A stretch of 64,000 bases of DNA from assembly GCA_000002435.2 (NCBI GenBank), contig CM018793.1, one strand, 5' to 3'. The notes under the pieces are model-generated. The model worked only from the letters and a program-made list of their open reading frames with translations. It did no database searches and was not told where the DNA came from. The stretch is from Giardia intestinalis. Its lineage: Eukaryota. Shown here in pieces: positions 35,760 to 46,069 of the stretch (its first letter is position 1; every line of letters starts with the position of its first letter). The translations under genes were made by a program, and so were the position numbers.

Positions 35760-38700
35760 TTATATCTTGGCGTTTTCAGATTTCACACTACAGCCGTCAC
35801 TTGCGCACGTCCAGAAGCACCGGGCGGGAGGGAAGCTGAAGAGGGTAGCCCCATGCCCATCGCGAAGCACACACGCCGTGACGAACTGACTGAGTATCAT
35901 TTGGATGTTGAAGGAGTACGACAGTATCAGGCCCGCATACTGAAGGAACTGTATCCCGCCGATGTTGACAGGCGCAATGACGCAGCTGATAAGAGCGATG
36001 AAGCCGCAAAAGAAGGCCCCAATGACGTTCAGTCGGAAGCTCAGCCAGCGGGGGAGAGAGATCTGCATCCAGTATGCCGACGAGTTGATCGTTATCTGCT
36101 CCCGGGCCTTGGCGATGAAGTGGGACTCGAAGCTGTACGCACGAATCGACGGCAGAGCCCCAAGGCTCTCTGTGCAGATGTTGATGACCGGGGACTTGGT
36201 TATGCTCTCCAGTCGCTTCACCTGCGGGGCAACGCGGCGGAACATGAAGAAGATGACAGCGTAGAGGATGATCGTCGGGATGACGACTATAAGGGCCGGC
36301 CAGGCCAGGACGCATATCATTACAAGCATCCCTACCAGTGACGCGCCATTCCCCAGCGCCTGGTTTATGAACCGCATCACCTGGATGTCCATGGAGTCTG
36401 TGTCCTTGCTGAAGCGGTTGAGGATCCGCCCCGTCGGAGTTGTGTCAAAGAACGACATCGGCGATCTGAAGATAGATCGGAGCATCTTCTTGAAGAGTGC
36501 GCGCGCGGCAGAATTAATGAACGAGACGAGGAAGACAGACGACAGGTAGGCCATAAGCATCGTAGACACGGTCATTCCGGCGTAAATCCCGATGTACTTG
36601 TAGTTGTACGACTTATCGGTGTCAGACAGTTTGAAATGATACTGGTCCTTAACCCAGTGATTGATCAACACGCCCTGGTATTGGGTGGATCCCTGCCATA
36701 GCAAGACAAAGACAAGGTAGCAGAGGAGGCTGCAGCGAGACCCGGACCTGAACCAGCGCTTGTAGAACGTCCCTGAGACGGACCCCTGCTGAGCAAAGGC
36801 CTCTGCAAGCATGAGCTTCCCCTTGGCCTCGTTGCCGTCATCGGTCATCAGCGCCAGGTCGCGCCTCTTCTCCTCGTCGGTCTGGGTTGGAATAACGAGC
36901 TGGCTCGCCACGCTCTCGATGCGTCCGGCATTGTTTAGCCCGCTGGCCACGGACGTGGTGCGGGAAAATCCGAAGTCGATGCCCTTGTTCATCAGGTTGT
37001 CCGGCGTGTCGCTGTGGACGATCTCCCCGTCCTCGATCCTGATGACAAGGTCGCAGTTTCCGAAGTACTGCGTCTGGTGGGACGCTATCAAGACGGTGGT
37101 CCCCTGCTCCTTCAGGAATCCACAAATGACCTCGTTCCACAGCCTCTGCCCGACGTGCGAGTCGACGGCGGAGAGGGGGTCGTCAAGGAGCAGGATGTCA
37201 CAGCCCGAGTACACGGCCCGGGCCAGAGCGACGCGCGCCTTCTGCCCGCCCGACAGAGAGACGCCCTTTTCACCGATCTCTGTCAGGTCGCCCGCCTTGA
37301 AGAGCTTGAGGTCGGGTATCAGGCAGCAGATGTCGAGCACCTTTTCATAGCGAGCACGGTCGAAGGGCCGGTAGAAGACGATGTTGTCACGCAGGGTGCC
37401 AGAGAAGATGCAGGACGACTGGGCAAAGTACGCGACGGACCCGTAGATGTGGACGTGGGGGATCTGCGGGTCGAACCTGGGGTCCTCCGTCGAGTACTTC
37501 TCGACGAACGAGGTAGGAGGCGTTAAGCCGGTCTGGTAGTCGAACTTGATCTCCAGGTTGTTAAACTTGTAGGAGTCCAGCTTTGCACGCTGCTCTCTCA
37601 CCAGGCGCAGCTCGCCCAGCAGAGCAGAGAACAGCGTGGTCTTGCCGGCGCCAACAGGCCCGCAGATCCCCACGAGGTAGCCCTTCGGTATGCTGAGGTC
37701 GAGGTTCTTGATGCGTGGAGGCAGATCAACGTGGTTGGGGTTCTTGTCGAGCTGCGTGTCAATGATCTGCTTGCACCTGGCAGGGTCTTTTCTGTACTTC
37801 TTGAGGTCGCGCGACACTTGGTTCTGCTCGGCGGCCAGGTCGTAGAGACCCCGTACCACAATCCGGTGCAGGAACGTCTTCTTCAGCACCTGGTAGGGAT
37901 TATCGTCCGGCGACGCCTAGTAGGCCTGGGGAATGTAGGCGCCGAACGACGTCACCTTGTCGGGCGGTAGGAGGCCGAACTCAATGACTCACGAGTCGAT
38001 GTAGCGCATTGCATCGGCCTCCTTGTCGGTAACATCGATGGAGTCGAATCGATTCAGCAGGATGTCTTCCTCGGTGGCGTCCACGGATACGGAGGGGTTC
38101 TTTGTCTTCCACGCCTTGTACTCCTTGACCTTTTTCTCGTAGTGCTTCTTAAATTGGGGATAGAGCTGCAAGACCTGCCTCTGCTTCTTCATGTTGTCCT
38201 TGAACATCGGGTCCAGGAGCGGCGGTATAATGGAGTCCTCCCTCAGGCCCCAGCAGAAGCTGGGCTGGTTGGACGTTTTGATTGCGTAGGGCACCGTCTC
38301 GCCCTTGGTAAGGGTATAGGACCTCTCGCGGGTGACGACCCCGTAGTCCGGCTGCGGAAGCGTTATAAAGGTCAGGATGTGCTTGGAGCTTATCTTCGAC
38401 TCGGAAATCCCGGACATCATCAGTGGCATGAAGACAAACACCAGGCCCAGCATGTTGTATACGAACACCGCGGTGTATGCGTTGGCAACGTCAAAGCTTG
38501 AGCTGGTCATGAAGAAGAGGAACCCGAAGAGGGACATTAATGGCGCTGCACCGTTGACGACAAGACCAAAGCCGGAGAGAATGATGCCAAAGCGGAAAAT
38601 CATCCCTATCTCCTTGTTGCGGATGTTCATCACTCGCGCCTCTTGGACATCCTCCATTCCGAAGAGCTTGACGACCTTCATTCCGTTGAGGACCTCAGAG

Positions 38701-39251
38701 ATCTTCTTGACACGCAGGTCTGTCATGCTGAGCAAGGAAAAGAGGAGCCGGGTAAAGGCAAACAGGATCAGTCCAACAATCGGCAGGATGATGAAGAGAG
38801 CAATCAGGCCTCCAATCCCTTTGGGGTCGATCTCGATGGCCATGTAGACCAGGTAACAGACAAACATCAGCGGCATCGTCATCATGAAGATGAGCAAAAG
38901 CATAAAGTTCGAGATTCTCATCGTGTCTGCGAAGAGGAGGTTGACCAGGTTGCCGGCGGCAGAATTTTGGCGGGTGATGTCCGAAAGAGACAGGGTGGCC
39001 TCGTCGGGACATTTGGACACTGACCTACTCTGCCTATTTGAAGGAGACCAAGCTCCCTCGTGACTTGCTGCAATCCTCCGTGGCTGCTGATAGTGGCATG
39101 GCAGCCAGAATTGTAGAGGAAACAGAGTCTGCTGCGAAGACCATATGCCAGACCCTTCAGACCGCAGAAACGAATCTGGTCCAGAAGCTGGTTGTCCCAC
39201 CGCGATGCAATCAGGCGTTTCTGGGCGCCTTGACACCGACTGAGCTGTCAC
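35760..39251 (-). pseudogene. ABCC/MRP-type ABC transporter, degenerate. TMD1 (partial), NBD1 and TMD2 are present. It has two in-frame stop codons, lacks NBD2 and the N-terminal TM helices, and has no ATG at its 5' end.
   Basis: The 420-aa ORF (37989..39251, TMD1 helices 3–6) and the 709-aa ORF (35760..37889: Walker A GICGPVGAGKTTLFSALLG, signature LSGGQKARVALARAV, Walker B ILLLDDPLSAVD, then TMD2 with FFDTTPTGRILNRFSKD) lie in the same frame. They are separated only by TGA (37989–37991) and TAG (37917–37919), with a plausible linker peptide between. Both track starts are GTG. The coding ends at the TMD2/NBD2 boundary. Confidence 0.7.
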
Positions 39252-40195
39252 ACATGGGCATAAGGCAGCCAGGATACGATGTCGCAGACGATGAGCCCAC
39301 AGAAGCGTCGGGAATACTTGACACAGAGTACAGCGATGTGGTTTCAGAAGTATCGGCTTCCCTTAGTGGCGGTGCTAAGAATCATGCAAGGAAGCCACCG
39401 GTTATTTGCATAGGTGATCTTTACTTTTCGCGGTACAATCCTCTTTTCCACCACAGAGACACCTTACAAATACAGAGGCTTGACAGTAATAGGGGCAGTC
39501 CCTGTTCTGGCATCTGACACCTGAGCCATCCTATAGATTCCACCCTCCGAGGAGCCAGAGAGCCCAAGAGACACCCCGTCTCTGGCAGAGACCACCGATG
39601 GGCAACAGCACATAGGGCCCTTGTCCCAGCACTCATCCCTGCTGGCTAGGCTGTCTACGTCTGCATACACAAGACCAGCATGCCTGTTTCACTGAGCTGC
39701 ACCAAAGAACTGATTGTTGGCCGCACGACTGAGCCCATGAGACACTTGGCGATCCTCCATAAGGCTCAAGGCCGTGCTGCATTCCGAGTGGAGCCCGCAG
39801 GCCCTCATGGTACCTGATGCTCAGAAGTTATGTCAGTCGTTGCCCGATACAGTACTCCAGACAAGAAGCATGTAGTCCAACCCAGGCAGAGGAACGCTCC
39901 TCGAGTCCCAGATCAGCGCACGGTAGACGGGTGTTAAAGCCCGAAAAAGCCATTCTCCCGAAGTAGGACTGTGTCGGCACCAGAGCCAGAATAGTACGGT
40001 GTGTTCTGGATGGTTGCCTGCTCGGACACTGGCCGGTGAGATCAGGTGCTAACCACTCCCCCACCCGGTATCTGGACATAGAGGCCCCGGTGTGCGCACA
40101 GTGCCTCGCCGAGTGGCCCGTTGCGACCGACTAGAGGAGCCCTTCACACGTATTGTAAAGACGAGTGTTCACAATTGATATTCAAAAAATCGCTG

Positions 40196-42025
40196 ATGTT
40201 GGGATTGTTATGTTTTGGTGCGTGTGCCATCGGCCAGGCAATCCTGGTAGGCGATGGCTCTACTCCGTATAAGAACAGCTACTACGTTCCCTGCACGGAG
40301 GATCAGTCAGATTGCGTGAAGGACAGGTGTGTCGCATTCGGCCGGGGCGCAACACTCTGCACCGAGTGCCAATCTGGGAAGGTACCGATCAATGGCAGAT
40401 GCGTAGGACCCGACGATCCAGACTCACTTCTAGACTCGAGCGTCTGCACTTCGGAAAACGGCAGCAGCGGCGGACAACGCTGCAAGGCGTGTAGAGACCA
40501 GAACGAGGACGCTAGTGAGGACACAGACATCTTCCTCTTCTACGGGGGCTGCTACAGCAAGAGCGAGTGGCCGGGCTCGCACATCTGCAGGACCGCCTCA
40601 GGTGGGGCGTGCAGCGTCTGCGAGACAGAGCATGGGTATGTCTTCATGAACACGGGGCAGAGCGCCGCCGAAAAGTGTATTCTGTGCGGCGACACGGCCG
40701 GCTTCGGCAGCAGCGTCGGAATAGACGGCTGTGCGGTCTGTGTCCCTCTGTCGCAGGAGTCCGTGTCAAGTAGTCCAGCAAGCGCTATCCAGTGCACTGC
40801 CTGCTCCGCTAACGACAAGGCCCCGATTGACGGCCGATGCACGGATGTCGGCGCCAATAGGTGCGCGAATGGGTACTGCACTCACTGCGCGGCTGATTAC
40901 GTCTATCATCGAGGGGGCTGCTATAGCAAGAACGGGGTGGGAAACAAGGTCTGTGCGGAAGGCGATCTCTTCGAGATAGCCGGCTACTCGGCCTGTAAGA
41001 AGTGCGTCAACTCCAGCGAGGTCCCGCACAACGGGAATTGCGGGCCGATCGACGAGCTGTATAACTGTAAAAAGGACGCCTCCGGTGGAATGTGTGCGGC
41101 CTGCAACCAGGGCTTCCCCGGCCGCACGGTCTTCCTGTACGAGGGCGGTTGCTACAACACCACCGACCCCGTCGGAGGGACCGTGTGCACAGAAGCCTTC
41201 AACGGCAGGTGCACTTCTTGTAACGAAGCGCAGGGATACTATAAGAAGGACCTGGGATGCGATTCGTGCGCCGCTGTGATCGCCGACTGTGCCAGCTGCG
41301 TCCCCCGCTCTGGCACGTCCGACATACCCATCTGTGTCGGATGCAGGAACGGCAAGTATGCAGCCGTAGGCGGGGCCTCTTGCGACGCCTCGTGCTCTCA
41401 GCCGACGACGCCCACCTGCACGGACGGGCTCTGTCGCTGCAGCTGCGGGGTAGGGTCTTACCTCAGCACCACCACCAACAGCTGCACCCCCTGCGACCCG
41501 GCCTGCGCAGACTGCATGAGCCCCGGCGCCGACGGGTGCGTGTCGTGCGCCCCGGGCCGTTACATTAGGTACGGCGACTCCGGCAGATCCTGCGTGGAGC
41601 CCTCTGAGTGCGGCGACGGGTACTACGCGAACAGCGACAGTTACACCTGCACCCCGTGCGGCATCGACGCATGCAAGGCCTGTAGCAAGAGCGGCAACGG
41701 AATCAAGTGCACGGCGTGCTCCTCCGGGTACCTCTCCGCCGACGGATCCTCGTGCTCTTCTGAGTGCAACGGGCCCAACCAAGTAAAGAACGGCAGCGAC
41801 AACTGTGTCTGCGTGGGTGGGTACACCCTGAGAGATGGCGTTTGCGTTCTCCAGGCCAGGAGGGCCAGCTCCGTGCCGATTGCTGTGGGGGTCGCCGCCT
41901 CTGTCGTCGGGATCATGGTCGTCGCTCTCGTCTGCTGGCTCGTTCTGCGGCGGCGGCGAGGACCGAAGAGCCTCTCGACTATGGCGGGATCCCGAAGGCT
42001 TGCAGGCACCGTGGACGAGTTCTAG
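40196..42025 (+). CDS. High-cysteine membrane protein (HCMP), type I, with an RRRR…GTVDEF cytoplasmic tail; paralog of the gene at 27697.
   Basis: The track start at 40121 is TTG; the first ATG is 40196 (ttcaaaaaatcgctgATG), giving signal peptide MLGLLCFGACAIGQA. Contains GGCY/CXXC modules, TM VVALVCWLVL, and the tail RRRRGPKSLSTMAGSRRLAGTVDEF*. Confidence 0.85.
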   Translation: MLGLLCFGACAIGQAILVGDGSTPYKNSYYVPCTEDQSDCVKDRCVAFGRGATLCTECQSGKVPINGRCVGPDDPDSLLDSSVCTSENGSSGGQRCKACRDQNEDASEDTDIFLFYGGCYSKSEWPGSHICRTASGGACSVCETEHGYVFMNTGQSAAEKCILCGDTAGFGSSVGIDGCAVCVPLSQESVSSSPASAIQCTACSANDKAPIDGRCTDVGANRCANGYCTHCAADYVYHRGGCYSKNGVGNKVCAEGDLFEIAGYSACKKCVNSSEVPHNGNCGPIDELYNCKKDASGGMCAACNQGFPGRTVFLYEGGCYNTTDPVGGTVCTEAFNGRCTSCNEAQGYYKKDLGCDSCAAVIADCASCVPRSGTSDIPICVGCRNGKYAAVGGASCDASCSQPTTPTCTDGLCRCSCGVGSYLSTTTNSCTPCDPACADCMSPGADGCVSCAPGRYIRYGDSGRSCVEPSECGDGYYANSDSYTCTPCGIDACKACSKSGNGIKCTACSSGYLSADGSSCSSECNGPNQVKNGSDNCVCVGGYTLRDGVCVLQARRASSVPIAVGVAASVVGIMVVALVCWLVLRRRRGPKSLSTMAGSRRLAGTVDEF

Positions 42026-42109
42026 CCCCCTAGCTTTTTGTAGTCCTTAATGAGTGAACATGACGATAATTCACTCCACCCCGATTACTTCCAGGGCTGG
42101 GTCCGCCCA

Positions 42110-42400
42110 CTAAGACGGCAGACCAAGGAGGGCGCCATTAATAGACAACACGAGTCCATGAGAAGGCCAGAGATCTGGAAGCACACCCAGACAGGGTCCA
42201 CGCCACACGGAGCAACCGAGGAACGTGCCGGATTCTGGATGTGTTGGCGGAGGGAGCGCCTATTGTGTTATCCAAAATCAGCCATCGCCTCTGGGTATGG
42301 CCAAGAAGTGGACAAGAATTTACTCGTGAGGTCTCTGGACCACGGCCACAAGCGATGACCAGCAGCACAGCACTGGGGCTAATCGACGAGGGGTGAATCA
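42110..42400. repeat. 3'-flank repeat, copy D (homologous to the distal part of copy A, 27290–27560).
   Basis: gaccaaggagggcgccattaatagacaacacgag… and caagaatttactcgtgaggtctctggaccacggccacaagcgatgaccagcagcacagcactgg match copy A, gaccaaggagaggcaccctagtagaccagcgag… and gggaatttactcgcgagatttgcggacagcg…cagcagcacaccactgg. Confidence 0.5.
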
Positions 42401-42614
42401 CCTCGGCCGATCTCAGTCAATAGAAGCGGGCCTAGTCAGCTCAGCCTAGCCTCCCCTCTCCTTCAATCCTGGCCTTAACCTGTGACGCTAGCCAGATCCT
42501 GTGCTTTTCTGGTCCACTCGCTTCGGCACATCTTTTGCATTTAATTTCAACCACGATTATGTTCGCCACCACAAGCGATCATTCTTCTGTTCAACAGATC
42601 TACTAAAATATCAA

Positions 42615-43991
42615 ATGACGCTTTCCGAAGACACCCTGAGGGCCGTGGAGGCGACCGCCGGCCTCATCGCCGCTCAAGGCATCGAGTTTACTCGCGCCTT
42701 CTACGAGCGCATGTTGACCAAGAACGAAGAGCTGAAGAACATCTTCAATCTAGCCCACCAGCGCACCCTGCGCCAGCCCAAGGCCCTGCTCGACTCCCTC
42801 GTCGCCTACGCGCTGAATATCCGTAGGATCAATGAGCTGTACGAGCTGAAGGGGAAGGGCCTGCCGGTGCCGCCAGAGCACTGGGCCGAGCTGCAGGGCT
42901 TCTTCTCTGCCGCCGAGCGTGTCGCGAACAAGCACACCAGCTTTGGCATCCAACCTGCGCAGTATCAGATTGTCGGCGCACACCTGCTCGCTACCATCGA
43001 GGATCGCATAACCAAAGACAAGGACATTCTCGCAGAGTGGGCCAAGGCCTACCAATTCCTCGCCGACCTCTTCATCAAACGCGAGGAGGAGATCTATGCC
43101 GCGACAGAGGGCTGCAAGGGCGGGTGGCGCCAGACTCGCACGTTCCGCGTCGAGGAAAAGACCAGGGTCAACGAAATCATCTGCAAGTTCAGGCTCGTCC
43201 CGGCTGAGGAGGGCGCCGGCGTGGTAGAGCACAGGCCCGGGCAGTACCTTGCTATCTTCGTCCGCAGCCCCGAGCACTTCCAGCACCAGCAGATTCGCCA
43301 GTACTCAATTATTTCGGCGCCGAATAGCGCGTACTACGAGATCGCGGTGCACAGGGACGAAAAGGGGACTGTTTCCCGCTATCTCCATGATTACGTGAGC
43401 ACTGGCGATCTGCTCGAGGTCGCGCCGCCTTACGGGGACTTCTTCCTCAGGTATCTCGAGGCCGATGAGCAGGCCCCTGCGGACACACAGGCCTCGCAAG
43501 AGTTCCAAATGCTGCAGAGCGGGGCCATCAACTTTGCGGCAGAGAAGACGATGCCGATTGTGCTCATCTCCGGCGGCATCGGCCAGACCCCGCTGCTGTC
43601 GATGCTCAGGTTCCTCGCGCAGAAGGAGGGCAAGGAGACGGCCCGCCCCATCTTCTGGATCCATGCCGCGCACAACAGCCGCGTCCGCGCCTTCAAGGAA
43701 GAGGTTGACGCGATCAGAGAGACGGCTCTGCCAAGCCTGCGCGTCGTGACCTTTCTGAGCGAGGTCAGGGCGACGGACAGAGAGGGCGAGGATTACGACT
43801 TCGCCGGGCGCATCAACCTTGACCGTATCTCGGAACTCACCAAGCTGGAGGCAGACAACGCCAATCCGCACTACTTCTTCGTCGGCCCGACCGGCTTCAT
43901 GACCGCCGTGGAGGAGCAGCTCAAGACCAAGTCCGTGCCCAATAGCCGCATCCACTTCGAGATGTTCGGCCCCTTCAAGGCCTCCCATTAG
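42615..43991 (+). CDS. hmp: Flavohemoglobin (nitric oxide dioxygenase; globin + FAD/NAD(P)H-binding ferredoxin-reductase-like domains).
   Basis: KHTSFGIQPAQYQIVGAHLLATIEDRI compared with E. coli Hmp [27 protein letters not shown]. Also RPGQYLAIFV…QIRQYSIIS, GGIGQTPLLSML and FVGPTGFM. The first ATG after the leader is 42615 (MTLSEDTL…); the track start at 42501 adds a non-globin leader. Confidence 0.9.
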   Translation: MTLSEDTLRAVEATAGLIAAQGIEFTRAFYERMLTKNEELKNIFNLAHQRTLRQPKALLDSLVAYALNIRRINELYELKGKGLPVPPEHWAELQGFFSAAERVANKHTSFGIQPAQYQIVGAHLLATIEDRITKDKDILAEWAKAYQFLADLFIKREEEIYAATEGCKGGWRQTRTFRVEEKTRVNEIICKFRLVPAEEGAGVVEHRPGQYLAIFVRSPEHFQHQQIRQYSIISAPNSAYYEIAVHRDEKGTVSRYLHDYVSTGDLLEVAPPYGDFFLRYLEADEQAPADTQASQEFQMLQSGAINFAAEKTMPIVLISGGIGQTPLLSMLRFLAQKEGKETARPIFWIHAAHNSRVRAFKEEVDAIRETALPSLRVVTFLSEVRATDREGEDYDFAGRINLDRISELTKLEADNANPHYFFVGPTGFMTAVEEQLKTKSVPNSRIHFEMFGPFKASH

Positions 43992-44635
43992 CTGCCCGCA
44001 CACGGCCCTCCGCCGGTGTGTGTAGAGCGATTACATCGCCATCCCAGGCTCCATGAGCCCGGTCCGTGCCTGGCCCTGGCTTCGCTGCATCTCTGCTGAA
44101 GAAGCTTGCGACACTCATCTCCAATGCGGGCAGCGGAGGTGGGGCTGGCTTCTTTCGTGGCGACGTCTTTGGTAGGAAACAGGAGGGCATCAGAAAGGAA
44201 GCCCCAGCAGGGACATCTCTCTATCGAGTCCACGATGTAAATCGCATACCGACCAGTTCGGGCGTTCGTTGCCCACCACAAGAAACTCTCCGTTGGGCGC
44301 TCGACAACATTCTGAGCCGACGAGCGCGGTAGCTGTCGGTTATGCCAGAGAGCGAAAGAAGCGGCTCTACTGGGGCATTCCATTCCAATGAGGATGGTGG
44401 AGTGCCATGATTCCGCATAATGGACAGGGCCTAGTTTGTCTTGTAAATTACTAAAATCGACTTGCCTATCAGATTCAAAGAGCGCCGCACTAAGCGTATG
44501 AGTTCCACGGCTTTTGTCCTGAAGCTTCACTGCATAGACGCTGGATTGCTTGTGGGGAGCCATAAGCATGCACAGCGCGCGTCTGAACAGACATAAAATA
44601 TCCACATACTTATCAAAGCCCATGGGAAGCAGCAT
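43988..44635 (-). CDS. Hypothetical protein (weak call). Its stop overlaps the flavohemoglobin stop by 4 nt.
   Basis: The track start at 44734 is GTG; the first ATG is 44635 (MLLPMGFDKYVDIL…). No domain is recognised. The C-terminal 50 aa look non-coding-like (GPGSWSLGWRCNRSTHTGGGPCAGS). Confidence 0.3.
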   Translation of the reverse strand: MLLPMGFDKYVDILCLFRRALCMLMAPHKQSSVYAVKLQDKSRGTHTLSAALFESDRQVDFSNLQDKLGPVHYAESWHSTILIGMECPSRAASFALWHNRQLPRSSAQNVVERPTESFLWWATNARTGRYAIYIVDSIERCPCWGFLSDALLFPTKDVATKEASPTSAARIGDECRKLLQQRCSEARARHGPGSWSLGWRCNRSTHTGGGPCAGS

Positions 44636-46069
44636 TCTTCTATCCTGTAATGACAGAGCCGGGTCGTGTACTGTGTGTCCATGATTAGAGAGAACCTTCT
44701 GCAGACGTTCTTCCAACCACTGCAGATACCCCACAGCGGTCTACTTCACCAGCTGGCTACTCTCGACACTGTGCCATCGGGGCATCGTCTGTGGATATGG
44801 GCCAACAATCTCGCGGGCAAGCTTTCGTTCGACTTGGCTACGTCCGGAGACGAGGGTAGATTATCACTTGCAGGAGGAGCCGACCCGCATTACTCTCAAT
44901 AGAGTGGCGACATGCTGCCTATAGATGCGTGGAGTATCCGCTGGACGAGAGCAATGAAGTAGGAAGGGGCTAGTCAATGCGGAGTCGAAAGAGCACATGG
45001 CCATCACCATGTGCAAGCTATTCCCTAGATGGATACTGCAGTGGAAGATGAAGGCCCACAGGGATTGGACCCTCCGATCTATGAGGGCCAGCACATTCAG
45101 ACCCAAGAAGTGCCTCGAGAAGTCCCACCAGCCTGAACCTCCGTTATCGCCTACGTGATAGCGGACATCGGACGAAGCCAACCAGACAGGACCCAGGGCA
45201 ACCGTCTGCCGGATCACTTCTGGCTGGCAGCAGGACCTCCAAGGTAGGCCAGAACGGCTGAGAAGGACACCAAGATCCAGAGGCAGTGTTGCTCGCCTCA
45301 CCTGCCGAACTATAAGGCTGGCATCTTTGTGCGTCTCTTCACTGGTCTGAGCTGGTGGATTTGTAAGATACGTGAGGGAGTTGAGAGCTACGGAGTAGTG
45401 CCCACGCAATCGAATTGTCCAGGCCGCTAGCTGAAGCCCGGCCAGCTAGAGCAGGATATGGGCGGGCAGGCTTTGCTGAGGGCGAAGATCACAGTCACGA
45501 GGGGCACTGTAGTCCTTGCTGACTGCAGAATCTTGTCTGTGAACTGCTGAGCAAGCAGGTGTGGTTACTATCGACACTCACTTGGGGGCCGCAGACTCTT
45601 GAGAGCAATTGACCCGTTGTGTTCACGCGAAATGGAATTGGAAATCGCTCCAGCGATTGAGGATACTTATGCTCTTGTGGCCCCTAGCAATATCTGTGAG
45701 TGCTGGCTGTTACAGTTCGGGTGAACGACACCAGAGCTCAGCGAAACAGTCAGGAAGTCTACAACCCGCCCTTGCTGGACACAAAACTTCGGTGCGAGTG
45801 CCCTTGAAGTGCAAGTAACCACACCGGGTGAGACTGGAGCCAGGGACATTTGAAGGGGCTACGCAAAAGCCGTTGCACGCCGAAGATAAGCTACGGCCTG
45901 CTGAGCCCTGACAGTAGTACGTCAGCGAGAGCGAACATTGGTACATGCTAACACTGGCTGTGCCTCCACGTGCTACTAGCTCTGGAGGAGCTGTCCTCTG
46001 GCGCTGGCCTGCGCAGGCACACACATGTGTGCAGTTCAGGGTAAATCATATTTTCAATTCCTTATCAAC

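Noticed and set aside
39038-39517. 159-aa plus-strand ORF upstream of and overlapping the ABC ORF
   Set aside because: It overlaps the 5' part of the ABC reading frame in antisense and has no domain or initiator context; it is probably spurious.
44864-45409. 181-aa minus-strand ORF
   Set aside because: The track start is TTG, there is no convincing ATG or initiator context, and it has no domain. It lies in an apparently non-coding GC-rich tract.
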